The notes under the pieces are model-generated. The model did not search any database. It was not told the origin of the DNA and saw nothing but the letters and a program-made list of their open reading frames with translations. A stretch of DNA of 32,000 nucleotides from an uncultured Lachnospiraceae bacterium (GTDB lineage Bacteria > Bacillota > Clostridia > TANB77 > CAG-508): assembly GCA_964584475.1 (NCBI GenBank), contig CAZPAF010000003.1, positions 17,297 to 49,296 of the forward strand, written 5' to 3'. How positions within the stretch are numbered: position 1 is the first letter of the stretch; each line of letters opens with the position of its first letter. Made by a program: the position numbers and the translations under genes. This document shows, one piece after another, positions 15,908-24,934 of the stretch.

Positions 15908-15959
15908 GCAAACAAAGGTTTTTAAAAAACTTTTTGATTATTACAATGAGGAGAAATTG

Positions 15960-18293
15960 ATGAACTTATTAGAAGGATTAAATGACAAACAATATGAAGC
16001 AGTTATAAACACAGAAGGTCCATGCTTGGTTATAGCAGGTGCAGGAAGTGGAAAAACAAAAGTATTAACTCATAAAATAGCTTATTTAATGGGTGAAGTA
16101 GGAGTAAAACCTTGGGATATATTAGCTATAACATTTACAAATAAAGCAGCTAATGAAATGAAATCAAGAGTAGAAAACTTAGTTGGTGATGCAGCTAAAG
16201 ATATGTGGATTGGAACATTCCACTCTATATGTGTTAGAATATTAAGAAAACAAATAGATAGAATTGGTTTTGATACATCATTTATTATATTTGATACATC
16301 AGATCAAAAGACTTTAATAAAACAAATAATAAAAAATAAAAATTTAGATGATAAATTATTTTCAGATAGATCAGTTCTTTCAGAAATAAGTAATGCTAAA
16401 AATGATATGCTAGAACCAGATGCATATGCAGTAAAAGCAAGTGGAGATTTTAGGAAAGAAACAATAGCAGAAATCTATCAAATTTATCAAACAAAATTAA
16501 AAGAAAATAATGCAATAGATTTTGATGATATAATTAATTTTACAATTAAAATCTTATTAGATAATCCAGACCTTTTAGAATATTATTCAGGAAAATTTAA
16601 ATATGTTTTAGTAGATGAGTATCAAGATACAAATAAAGCTCAATTTACATTGATAACATTACTTGCATCTAAATATGGAAATATAACAGTTGTTGGTGAT
16701 AATGACCAAGGAATTTATTCATTTAGAGGTGCAGATATTTCAAATATTTTAAATTTTGAAAAAGATTTTCCAGGAACAAGAATAATAAAATTAGAACAAA
16801 ACTATAGATGTACACAAAGCATACTAAATGCAGCAAATGAAGTTATAAAAAATAATGAAACTAAATATGAAAAGAAACTATGGACTGAAAATGAAAGAGG
16901 AAAGCTGCCAAAAGTATTTAGAGGAGATAATGAATACGATGAAGCAAACTTTATCGTAAGAAATATAAATACTTTAAAAATGGAAGAATATTATAAATAT
17001 TCTGATTTTGCAGTTTTATATAGAATGAACTCACAATCTCGTGCAATAGAAGATATTTTAAGAAGAGAAAATATTCCATATAAAATTGTTGGTGGCTTAA
17101 AATTCTATGAAAGAAAAGAAATTAAAGATACAATAGCTTACTTAAGATTAATTCAAAATCCATCAGATAATCTAAGTTTAACAAGAATTATCAACGAGCC
17201 TAAAAGAGGAGTTGGAAAAACTAGCTTAGACAACATTGATAGCTTATCAGCAGATACTGGTATTTCAATGTATGAAATAATTAGGGATGCAGATAAATAT
17301 GGATTAAATAGAATATTTGCAAATACTAGAGAATTCATTTCGGTAATAGAAGAATTAAGAAGTAAAAAAGATGATATAAAAATATCAGAATTAATAAAAG
17401 AAACTTTAAATAAAACTGGATACACAAAGGCTTTAGAATTAGAAAATACAGTCGAAGCAGAATCAAGATTAGAAAACTTAGATGAGTTTTTAACTGTTGC
17501 AATAGAATTTGAAGAAGAATCTGCTGATAATTCTTTAAGTGAATTCTTAGAAGGAATTACTTTAAGTTCAGATTTAGATGGAATGGAAGATTCAGAAGAT
17601 TCTGTAACATTGATGACTCTTCACAGTGCAAAAGGATTAGAGTTTCCAGTTGTATTTTTAGTAGGAATGGAAGAAGGAATTTTCCCAGGATATAAATCAA
17701 TTGGAGAACCACAAGAGTTAGAAGAAGAAAGAAGACTTTGCTATGTTGGAATAACAAGAGCAAAAGAAAACTTATTCTTAACATGCGCTCGTCAAAGAAC
17801 GATATTTGGTTCTACAAGTTGTAATAGTGTTTCTAGATTTGTAAAAGAAATTCCAGCTAATATGCTTGAGGGGTATGAAGATATTGAAGATAGAAGCAAC
17901 AGATATCCAGACAATGATAATGGTTATGATTGGGAATATGGACAAAGAAGAAAATCTTACAATGATTCTTATGGATATGGTTCGGGATTTGGTTCTTCAG
18001 TCTCTACATATAAAGATATAGCAGCAGCTTCTTCAAGAGGAAATTCTACAACATTCCAATTTAGAAGTGCAGATAGTTTCTTGAATAGTTTAAATGTAAA
18101 TAAAAAGAAAAACGACAATTTAGATTTATCTTCTTATAAAGCTGGAGTTAGGGTATACCACAAAAAATTTGGTGAAGGTATTATTAACTCAGTTGAAACA
18201 GAAGGTGAAGACTTAAAAGTTGATATAAATTTTGAAAAAGTAGGTCACAAAAGATTAATGGCAAAATTTGCGGGGTTAGAAATTATAGATTAG
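15960..18293 (+). CDS. pcrA: ATP-dependent DNA helicase PcrA (UvrD family)
   Basis: AGAGSGKT, TFTNKAANEM, VDEYQDTN, GDNDQGIYSFRGA, VGITRAKE, and a C-terminal YKAGVRVYHKKFGEGII module. I moved the start to ATG 15960 (SD GAGGAGA 15949-15955) because the ORF-track ATG at 15876 lies within the predicted promoter. Confidence 0.93.
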   Translation: MNLLEGLNDKQYEAVINTEGPCLVIAGAGSGKTKVLTHKIAYLMGEVGVKPWDILAITFTNKAANEMKSRVENLVGDAAKDMWIGTFHSICVRILRKQIDRIGFDTSFIIFDTSDQKTLIKQIIKNKNLDDKLFSDRSVLSEISNAKNDMLEPDAYAVKASGDFRKETIAEIYQIYQTKLKENNAIDFDDIINFTIKILLDNPDLLEYYSGKFKYVLVDEYQDTNKAQFTLITLLASKYGNITVVGDNDQGIYSFRGADISNILNFEKDFPGTRIIKLEQNYRCTQSILNAANEVIKNNETKYEKKLWTENERGKLPKVFRGDNEYDEANFIVRNINTLKMEEYYKYSDFAVLYRMNSQSRAIEDILRRENIPYKIVGGLKFYERKEIKDTIAYLRLIQNPSDNLSLTRIINEPKRGVGKTSLDNIDSLSADTGISMYEIIRDADKYGLNRIFANTREFISVIEELRSKKDDIKISELIKETLNKTGYTKALELENTVEAESRLENLDEFLTVAIEFEEESADNSLSEFLEGITLSSDLDGMEDSEDSVTLMTLHSAKGLEFPVVFLVGMEEGIFPGYKSIGEPQELEEERRLCYVGITRAKENLFLTCARQRTIFGSTSCNSVSRFVKEIPANMLEGYEDIEDRSNRYPDNDNGYDWEYGQRRKSYNDSYGYGSGFGSSVSTYKDIAAASSRGNSTTFQFRSADSFLNSLNVNKKKNDNLDLSSYKAGVRVYHKKFGEGIINSVETEGEDLKVDINFEKVGHKRLMAKFAGLEIID

Positions 18294-18308
18294 AAAGAGT
18301 TTTTGAGA

Positions 18309-20093
18309 ATGGATTATCAAGAGCTAATAACTGCATATAATAATAATGGTTTAGATATTACTGATTTGAAAGAAAATTTGAAAATAGCTAAGCCTTTAAA
18401 AGGACGCCTAAAATACAGAGCTATTGATATAATTTCTCAAAGATCAGCATTGCTAAATGATATAAATAATCTTTTAATTACTTTAGAAAAAGGTGAAAAA
18501 GCAGAAGAATTTAATAAAGATACAGATAATTTATTAAATGAATATTTTATGACTTTAGTAAAATCTGTCGAAATGCTAAATGCTTGGAAATTTATGAAAT
18601 TAATTCCGACAGAATTTACAGAAGAAAAATTCGAAAAATTAAATTATAAAGAGAAATTTAAATTAGTAATGTTTTTAAACAGGGAATATTTACAATTTTT
18701 AAAATATCAAAATATTGCTGATATAAGAGACTGTTTAAAAAATGCTGAAAGCTTAAATGATGAGACAATAAAAAAATTAGAATTTTTAAAAACAATGTTT
18801 AATAAATTAAAAAACAAAGAAGTTAAAATAGAATTTTTCTGCTTTGATAAAGATTTTTTAATGACGTTACAATGGGCGAGAAGATTCAAAAATTTGAAAT
18901 TTGATGATTTTATAAAAACTAAAAAAAGAAGTGTAAAAGAAGAATATAAAAAGCTTTCTAAATTCTTTACAAATGAAGATTTTAGAGATATATCAGAAAA
19001 TTTAGATATAACTAGCAAAGTTCTAAAAACACCTGTACACAATATAATTGAAGCTTATAGTGAAATGTCAGAATCTGAATCAGAAGTATATTATATTGAA
19101 GAAGAATTCGAACAAATAAAAGAATTACTAAAAAAACATAAAAAAATGCAAGCTATAAAAAAAGAATATGATAAACAACAAGCGGAAAAAAGAAAACTTG
19201 AAAAAGAAAGAAAAGAAAAAGAATTAAAAGAAAAACTAGAAAGAGAAAAAGAAGAAGCAGAAAGATTAAAGAAACTAGAAGAAGAAAAAGAAGAAATTAG
19301 GGAAATTATAGATCCTAAAAAATTACAAAAAGTACCAAAAGTAAGAAAGCTTAAAAAAGCAGAAAAAGCAACTCTAGAGGAAGATATAGATAATATAAAT
19401 GTTGTTCCAAAAGAGCAAGTAAATCCATTAATTTTCACTTGGTTTGAAAGAGAAGATATAACTTTAGCAAGAAGAATTGGAACAAAAACATTGACAAGAT
19501 TTTTCGAGAAAATAAGAGAAATAGAAGCTGATACAGGAATAAGAGTTGCATTATACATGGTTACGAATGCTGGAAAAGAAGTAACATTAAAAAGATTAGA
19601 AGACTTAAAGAAAAAAGCATTTAAAAATGGATTTCCAAACTTGGTTGAAGGAGCTCTAGGAGGATACAGTTCTTTTAGAATAGATAAAAAAGGAACAGTT
19701 ACAGATATTGCTAAAATGTCTGAAGCTAAAAAACAAAAGGTTATTAAACTTTTAGAAAAAGCTAAAGGCGAAGTATTAACTAGAGATTTAATAGATGAAG
19801 ATGCAGAACTATATATAAGATATCAAATGACTGATAAAAAAGATAAGTCTATTAATAAAAAATATTTAAATCTATTAATAAGTAATTTATTAAAAGATGA
19901 AAATATCCGTATGCAACCATTAAAATTCTTAGTATTTATGGAAGGTAAAAAAGAGGGAATTGATGTATTACATGAAGACCAATTAAAAGGAATTTCTCAA
20001 TTATCAGAATATTATAAAGAAAAATATTTAATTTCACATTCAAAAACAATGAATGTTAGAGTAGATAATATTGAAAATTTTATAGAAGAATAG
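18309..20093 (+). CDS. Hypothetical 594-aa protein with a central Lys/Glu-rich coiled-coil segment
   Basis: The first ATG (18309, just downstream of the ORF-track TTG at 18303) starts 15 nt after the pcrA stop and is followed by a terminator. I recognise no catalytic motif. A KE-rich stretch lies at about 19180-19300. Confidence 0.75.
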   Translation: MDYQELITAYNNNGLDITDLKENLKIAKPLKGRLKYRAIDIISQRSALLNDINNLLITLEKGEKAEEFNKDTDNLLNEYFMTLVKSVEMLNAWKFMKLIPTEFTEEKFEKLNYKEKFKLVMFLNREYLQFLKYQNIADIRDCLKNAESLNDETIKKLEFLKTMFNKLKNKEVKIEFFCFDKDFLMTLQWARRFKNLKFDDFIKTKKRSVKEEYKKLSKFFTNEDFRDISENLDITSKVLKTPVHNIIEAYSEMSESESEVYYIEEEFEQIKELLKKHKKMQAIKKEYDKQQAEKRKLEKERKEKELKEKLEREKEEAERLKKLEEEKEEIREIIDPKKLQKVPKVRKLKKAEKATLEEDIDNINVVPKEQVNPLIFTWFEREDITLARRIGTKTLTRFFEKIREIEADTGIRVALYMVTNAGKEVTLKRLEDLKKKAFKNGFPNLVEGALGGYSSFRIDKKGTVTDIAKMSEAKKQKVIKLLEKAKGEVLTRDLIDEDAELYIRYQMTDKKDKSINKKYLNLLISNLLKDENIRMQPLKFLVFMEGKKEGIDVLHEDQLKGISQLSEYYKEKYLISHSKTMNVRVDNIENFIEE

Positions 20094-20098
20094 AAAAA

Positions 20099-20126
20099 TA
20101 GATACAGTGGATGTATCTATTTTTTT
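20099..20126 (+). terminator. Rho-independent terminator
   Basis: Stem tagataca (20099-20106) / tgtatcta (20112-20119) followed by T7. Confidence 0.75.
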
Positions 20127-20127
20127 G

Positions 20128-20156
20128 TTGTAATTTACATAAAATCATGATATAAT
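20128..20156 (+). promoter_or_regulatory. Sigma-A type promoter of the GC-rich gene
   Basis: TTGTAA (20128-20133), 17-nt spacer, TGATATAAT (-10 hexamer 20151-20156). SD GAGAGG at 20191-20196. Confidence 0.5.
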
Positions 20157-20203
20157 TAATTAGTTCATTTTTGAATGCTAGGCAAAGAAAGAGAGGTTAA
20201 CAC

Positions 20204-20956
20204 ATGCTAAGCAAAAAAGCAATCAAGAATCGGTCGGTTACTTCGTTTCAGATTACAACTACAACAAGTAAACCGGCAGAGACTGGAATACTGAAAAATC
20301 CGTATAGGCCTTTTGTAGGAATCAACGGACGTAAGTATGAAATCCAGTACAAGAATCCTTTGAACAAAACTACCAACTGCTATGCATTTGCAATGGGATG
20401 GCAGGCTGCGGCAAGCGACAAGTATGTCGACTACATTCCTGGTTTCCTTGCAGGAAGCAAGTTCTCGTTTGATGATATTCCTGAGCTCATTCGAGCTGAC
20501 CTTGAAACTGTTGGAAGAACGGTCTATGAAGTTGTATATGATATTCCTGAAAAATTACCTGACGGCGAAGGCTATTGGGTAAAGGTTGTAATCCATACAG
20601 ATGGAGAAAAGAAGGAGTTTCATATCATGCGAAAAGACAAGAAATCCGGCAGATGGATTCATAAGATGGGGTGGGAATATCCTCCTAAACTTGTGGTACG
20701 AAACACCGAATTCAAGGACAAAATTGATGCTGTAATTGCTGAAATGAAAGCGAAAGGCATCAATTTGGCAGGTATGTCTAAGGAAGATATAAAGGGAATC
20801 GCAGCAATGTTTTTCTCTCCGGAGTATTATACTGGTATAACTGTTGTGAGAAACGAGCATGAGACTAATGATTCTGCAGACTATATCTCCTTTTCGGAAG
20901 CTGAGGAACAGCATACGTATAAAGCTATGTTTGCTATGCGCATATCTGAGCCTTAA
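20204..20956 (+). CDS. Hypothetical 250-aa protein with a Cys/His papain-like hydrolase signature, compositionally foreign
   Basis: Candidate nucleophile motif TTNCYAFAMGW and candidate His region FHIMRKDKKSGRWIHKMGW. No signal peptide. G+C and codon usage differ sharply from the neighbours. Confidence 0.75.
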   Translation: MLSKKAIKNRSVTSFQITTTTSKPAETGILKNPYRPFVGINGRKYEIQYKNPLNKTTNCYAFAMGWQAAASDKYVDYIPGFLAGSKFSFDDIPELIRADLETVGRTVYEVVYDIPEKLPDGEGYWVKVVIHTDGEKKEFHIMRKDKKSGRWIHKMGWEYPPKLVVRNTEFKDKIDAVIAEMKAKGINLAGMSKEDIKGIAAMFFSPEYYTGITVVRNEHETNDSADYISFSEAEEQHTYKAMFAMRISEP

Positions 20957-20988
20957 CCTAGCTTGTTGCACTCTTGTGTAACGGTAGC

Positions 20989-21027
20989 AAAAAAGAGTCA
21001 AGATAGTAACTTATCTAGACTCTTTTT
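20989..21027. terminator. Bidirectional terminator between convergent genes
   Basis: aaaaagagtc (20989-20998) / gactcttttt (21018-21027), with an inner agata/tatct extension. Confidence 0.7.
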
Positions 21028-21037
21028 GCATTTTATA

Positions 21038-22480
21038 TTAAATTAAATCTTTTAATATTCTAGCCATTTGAACACCGCTTGCAGAAGCCATTATAAGGCC
21101 TCTTGTAAGTCCACCACCGTCACCGATTGAATACAATCCTTCAATACTTGTTTCAAATTTATTATCTATAACAATTTCATTTGAATAGAATTTAATTTCT
21201 GCTGCATATAGAAGATTATCTGGATGTGCAAATCCTGGGATTACTTTATCCATAGTTTTAATAAATTCTAATATATCAACCATAGTTCTGTATCCAATAG
21301 CATATGTGATATCTCCAGCCACAGCTGTTTTTAAAGTTGGAACAACACTATTATTTTTTAATTCTTTATCCCAAGTACGTTTTCCATTTAAAATATCACC
21401 AAGTCTTTGTACTAAAACATTTCCCATACCAAGTTGATTTGCATTTTCACCAATATTAACACCATATTTGATTGGTTCTTCAAAAGGGTCATTAAAATGA
21501 TGAGAAGCAAGAAGTGCTAAGTTTGTATTTGTACTTTTTTTATTTTTATAAGAATGTCCGTTTACTAATGTTAGGTCATTGTCATAAACTTCATTAGCAA
21601 CAAAACCACTAGGATTTTGACAGAATGTTCTAACTTTATCTTTGTAAGGTGGAAGGTATCCAACAAATTTTCCTTCATAAAGATATTCATTAACATCTTT
21701 CATTACACTATCTGGAAGTTCGTATCTAACACCAACGTCAACAACTCCAGCTCTATTTTTTATATCGTGTTTTGCACACATATCTGAAAGCCAATGAGCT
21801 CCTTTTCTACCAATTCCAAGAACAACTTTGTCAGCTGATAATTCAACATCTTTTGAAGAATCAGAAGATCCTGATGGGCTAATTATAACTCCAGAAACTT
21901 TATTATTTTCTACTATTAAATCTTTAACATTTGTATCAAACATTATTTCAACATTGTTAGCTAAAAGATAATCTTGAATTTTTTTATAAAGCTCATGACT
22001 TTTTTCTGTTCCTAAATGTCTAATAGGGCAGTTAGCTAAAATAATATCATTTTCTTTTGCTCTATCTGCAATTTCTTGAATTTTATCTAAATTATCTAAT
22101 CCTTCTACATGAGGATCTGCACCAAACTTTAGATAGATTTCATCTGTATAAAACATTAAGTCTTTTGTTTCTTCAACTCCTAAATATTTGTGAAGAATAC
22201 CACCAACTTCGATTGAATCACTATCTTTATTTGGAAGTGTAAGTTTTCCGTCTGAAAATGCTCCCGCACCAGAAAAACCACTAGTAATACTACAATAAGG
22301 TTTACATTTTACACATTTTCCGGCTTTTTCAACAGGACAATTTCTTTTTTCTACTGCTTTTCCTTGTTCTACTAAAAGGATTTTTTTATCTTTTGCAAGT
22401 CCAAGTTCTATAAGTTCGTAAGCTGTAAAAACACCACTAGGGCCAGCTCCGACTATAATTAAATCATATTTTTTATTCAA
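21038..22480 (-). CDS. FAD-dependent oxidoreductase (COG2509-like uncharacterised dehydrogenase)
   Basis: YDLIIVGAGPSG dinucleotide-binding motif and Cys cluster CPVEKAGKCVKCKPYC. I prefer the TTG start at 22480 (SD GGTGAGGTG) over the ORF-track GTG at 22489, which lies inside that SD. Confidence 0.8.
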   Translation of the reverse strand: MNKKYDLIIVGAGPSGVFTAYELIELGLAKDKKILLVEQGKAVEKRNCPVEKAGKCVKCKPYCSITSGFSGAGAFSDGKLTLPNKDSDSIEVGGILHKYLGVEETKDLMFYTDEIYLKFGADPHVEGLDNLDKIQEIADRAKENDIILANCPIRHLGTEKSHELYKKIQDYLLANNVEIMFDTNVKDLIVENNKVSGVIISPSGSSDSSKDVELSADKVVLGIGRKGAHWLSDMCAKHDIKNRAGVVDVGVRYELPDSVMKDVNEYLYEGKFVGYLPPYKDKVRTFCQNPSGFVANEVYDNDLTLVNGHSYKNKKSTNTNLALLASHHFNDPFEEPIKYGVNIGENANQLGMGNVLVQRLGDILNGKRTWDKELKNNSVVPTLKTAVAGDITYAIGYRTMVDILEFIKTMDKVIPGFAHPDNLLYAAEIKFYSNEIVIDNKFETSIEGLYSIGDGGGLTRGLIMASASGVQMARILKDLI

Positions 22481-22585
22481 TATAATCACCTCACCAAGGC
22501 ATATTATACAATGGAAATAATATAAAGAAAAGAATTGTTTTTTTGTAAATATTAGTATATAATAATAAATAACTTAATAAAAACG

Positions 22586-22620
22586 AAAAGAAGTCCAAAA
22601 TAGAATTTGGGCTTCTTTTT
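22586..22620 (-). terminator. Rho-independent terminator after the 162-aa gene
   Basis: Stem gaagtccaaa (22590-22599) / tttgggcttc (22606-22615, one G-U pair). Flanked by A/T runs. Confidence 0.6.
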
Positions 22621-22657
22621 TATACAAAAATATTTCCTTAAAATTCAAAATTATTCT

Positions 22658-23146
22658 TTAGTCTTCAAATGGTTCTTGACCTTCTCTTTCCATATAAGAA
22701 CGATATTTGCTATCAAGAACTATAAGAAAAGATTTATTTTGACCATTAACAACAGGTGTGACTGAAGCAATACCTGAGCCGCATAAAAAATTTGCAAAGT
22801 GATTAGAAATAGAAAATTGAGTATGAATCTCTTCAGGAGTTTGTTGAGGATATTTAGTAATATCTAGTAAAAGATCAAAAGAAGAAATTATTCCAGCATG
22901 ATCATTAGTTGCTTGTTGAAGTTTAGGGAGCATTTTACACAAAGATAATAAAGTTGATTTATGTGATTCGAGTTTTTTTCTATCGTAAACGAATACTTGA
23001 TTTTCTGTACCAGACCATAAGCCTTTTTGTAAAAAATAATTACCTTGTTTAAAATCTTCTTTTGTTGGTTTATAAACAAATGTATCTGCAAGAATAGGTT
23101 TAAGTGTATTTGCGAACTTATAAAAATCTTCTAAATTTGAAAACAT
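22658..23146 (-). CDS. Hypothetical protein (162 aa)
   Basis: ATG at 23146 is preceded by GGAGG. The ORF-track TTG at 23158 lies inside the SD. No motif recognised. Confidence 0.7.
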   Translation of the reverse strand: MFSNLEDFYKFANTLKPILADTFVYKPTKEDFKQGNYFLQKGLWSGTENQVFVYDRKKLESHKSTLLSLCKMLPKLQQATNDHAGIISSFDLLLDITKYPQQTPEEIHTQFSISNHFANFLCGSGIASVTPVVNGQNKSFLIVLDSKYRSYMEREGQEPFED

Positions 23147-23166
23147 ATATACCTCCAATTAACAAG

Positions 23167-23275
23167 TTGTTTACATAATAACATAAAATTTACATGTTGT
23201 CAATAAAACGTAAAAAAAATGTAAACAAAATGTATTTGTAAAAAAAAAGATAAATAGATATGATATTAATGTAAA
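23167..23275. promoter_or_regulatory. Divergent promoter region with repeated TTTACAT/ATGTAAA motif
   Basis: Perfect 10-nt inverted pair ttgtttacat (23167-23176) / atgtaaacaa (23219-23228). Extra copies are tttacat (23189-23195) and atgtaaa (23269-23275). These overlap a minus-strand promoter (TTGACA-17-TATTAT) and a plus-strand promoter (TTGTAA 23236-23241, 17 nt, TATGAT 23259-23264). Confidence 0.45.
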
Positions 23276-23297
23276 AAATCAATTATTGGAGATAAAT

Positions 23298-24902
23298 ATG
23301 GATAATGAACAACAAATAGTTGAAGATATATTAGATAGTATATATGGCGTGAATGTGACTTTTAAAGGTGATGACGAAAAAACAGTTGCTTTAAGAAATG
23401 AAAAACGTAATGAAAAAAGGACTGAACTTCTAATTCAAATAGATAGTATTTGTAATGCTATAGCAAAAGAGTTAGAAACAGCACTTGGCATAAAAGGTAT
23501 TGATATCCAAAAGGATATCAAACCAAGTGTTTTGGTGACTTTAAAAGCAGAAGCAGAGAATAAAAATATAATTATGGATTCAAATGGAAAGATAAATACC
23601 GGAAAATTTTTAGATATAGTGAATCAATCTAAAGATGAAATATTAGAAGTAATAGAAAATGAAAAAGACGTTGAAGCACCTGTTTATAAAGAAGAAGATA
23701 AGATAAGTGAAAATCAATCAAATGAAATTTTTGAAAAAATTTTTGAAGATTTATCTGATGCTGGTTTAGATTTAAATGAGACAGAAAGAAAAGAATTACA
23801 AGAAATAATAAGTGAAGTAAATGCTATTTTAAGTGAAATACAACAAAGTATTGATTCAGGAATGACATTAGAAGAAGCTTGGAATAAAAAAAGAGAAGAA
23901 GTTGGCGAAGAAGAATTTAAAAAAATAAAAGAAAAATTTAAAGTAGTTGGAAAAACTATATGTGTTACAAATAGAGAAAAGAGCAAAAGAGAAGATCAAG
24001 AAAATAATAGTGATTCAAAAGATATGGATGAATCATCGAGAACCACAAATGCTGATAAACCTTCTAAAACTACGAGTAGTAATGAGAATAGAAATGGTGA
24101 AAGTCGCACTACCCCAAAGTTTAATGGTAAAAAAGACGGAATAGTTTTGGATATGGGAATATTTACAGAATCTTGCTTTTATATAGAAGGAATAGATGAT
24201 CAAACAATAAATTATGACAATCCAGCAGGAGGGGATAATATAAAAGATATATCAGTTTATTATGATATATATAAAAAAGGTGTTGGAAAAAAAATTGATA
24301 AATTAATAAGTGACAAAGAATATTTAGAAAGTTTAAAAACACAATACTATCAAATAGATTCTGCTGAGGAAGGAAGTCTTGAACAATCAGAAATATTCAA
24401 TCAAGGTGATACAAACCAAGAAAATTTTCAAAGATATATGGATACTACAAATTTGTTTGATTCTTTTCTTCAAGCTAATATGGGAGCTACAAGAGTTCCA
24501 GATGCACCAATAAAAGATTTAATTGAGAGAAAAGGTGTAGATATGAGAGTTGATTTTTCTGCGCTACCCAAAATTGATTCTTCAACTTTGGCAACAGAGA
24601 CACATGAACAAAGACATCTAGTGATAGGTCTTGAGGAAGTGACTGTAGATGGAGCTGCTATGGCACAAGGAGAGAGTCTAGAGGAACCACTTACTAATAG
24701 GACTATTAATGGAGATACGCTAACATCTTTAGTTGAAGGTCAAGGAACGGTTAGAGATATAGTAGATGCAAATGGAATGGTACAAGGATTAACATCTCTA
24801 GAAAAATCTCCAGAAATACCTACAGAAGGAAAGACAGATACTCAAAATGCGCCGGTGGCAAATAATGGTGATAAAGGTGAAGATGGACCAGGAGAACTTT
24901 AA
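23298..24902 (+). CDS. Hypothetical acidic 534-aa protein
   Basis: ATG at 23298 follows GGAG. The ORF-track TTG at 23286 overlaps the SD. Asp/Glu/Ser/Asn-rich with no TM, signal peptide or recognisable motif. Confidence 0.75.
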   Translation: MDNEQQIVEDILDSIYGVNVTFKGDDEKTVALRNEKRNEKRTELLIQIDSICNAIAKELETALGIKGIDIQKDIKPSVLVTLKAEAENKNIIMDSNGKINTGKFLDIVNQSKDEILEVIENEKDVEAPVYKEEDKISENQSNEIFEKIFEDLSDAGLDLNETERKELQEIISEVNAILSEIQQSIDSGMTLEEAWNKKREEVGEEEFKKIKEKFKVVGKTICVTNREKSKREDQENNSDSKDMDESSRTTNADKPSKTTSSNENRNGESRTTPKFNGKKDGIVLDMGIFTESCFYIEGIDDQTINYDNPAGGDNIKDISVYYDIYKKGVGKKIDKLISDKEYLESLKTQYYQIDSAEEGSLEQSEIFNQGDTNQENFQRYMDTTNLFDSFLQANMGATRVPDAPIKDLIERKGVDMRVDFSALPKIDSSTLATETHEQRHLVIGLEEVTVDGAAMAQGESLEEPLTNRTINGDTLTSLVEGQGTVRDIVDANGMVQGLTSLEKSPEIPTEGKTDTQNAPVANNGDKGEDGPGEL

Positions 24903-24903
24903 T

Positions 24904-24934
24904 AAAAAAATCCAACTTTTAAGTTGGATTTTTT
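24904..24934. terminator. Bidirectional terminator shared by convergent genes
   Basis: aatccaac (24909-24916) / gttggatt (24923-24930), flanked by an A-run and a T-run. The last codons of the minus-strand 175-aa ORF lie in the 3' arm. Confidence 0.65.

Noticed and set aside
15876-15959. Upstream ATG (15876) as the start of pcrA, adding 28 residues (MLTVNFKRHIMQTKVFKK...).
   Set aside because: This ATG abuts, and the extension spans, a consensus TTGACA-17-TATAAT promoter (15879-15907). ATG 15960 has a GAGGAGA SD and gives the usual PcrA N-terminus.
19180-19300. The AAG/GAA-rich repetitive stretch, considered as a tandem DNA repeat.
   Set aside because: It is an in-frame Lys/Glu-rich coiled-coil coding segment (KRKLEKERKEKELKEKLEREKEEAERLKKLEEEKEE) with no exact repeat unit.
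20382-21001. ORFs 20382..20582 (+) and 20555..21001 (-) overlapping the GC-rich gene.
   Set aside because: The higher G+C lowers stop-codon frequency in the off-frames. The 250-aa frame has the SD, the promoter and a sensible sequence. The 148-aa antisense ORF runs through the terminator.
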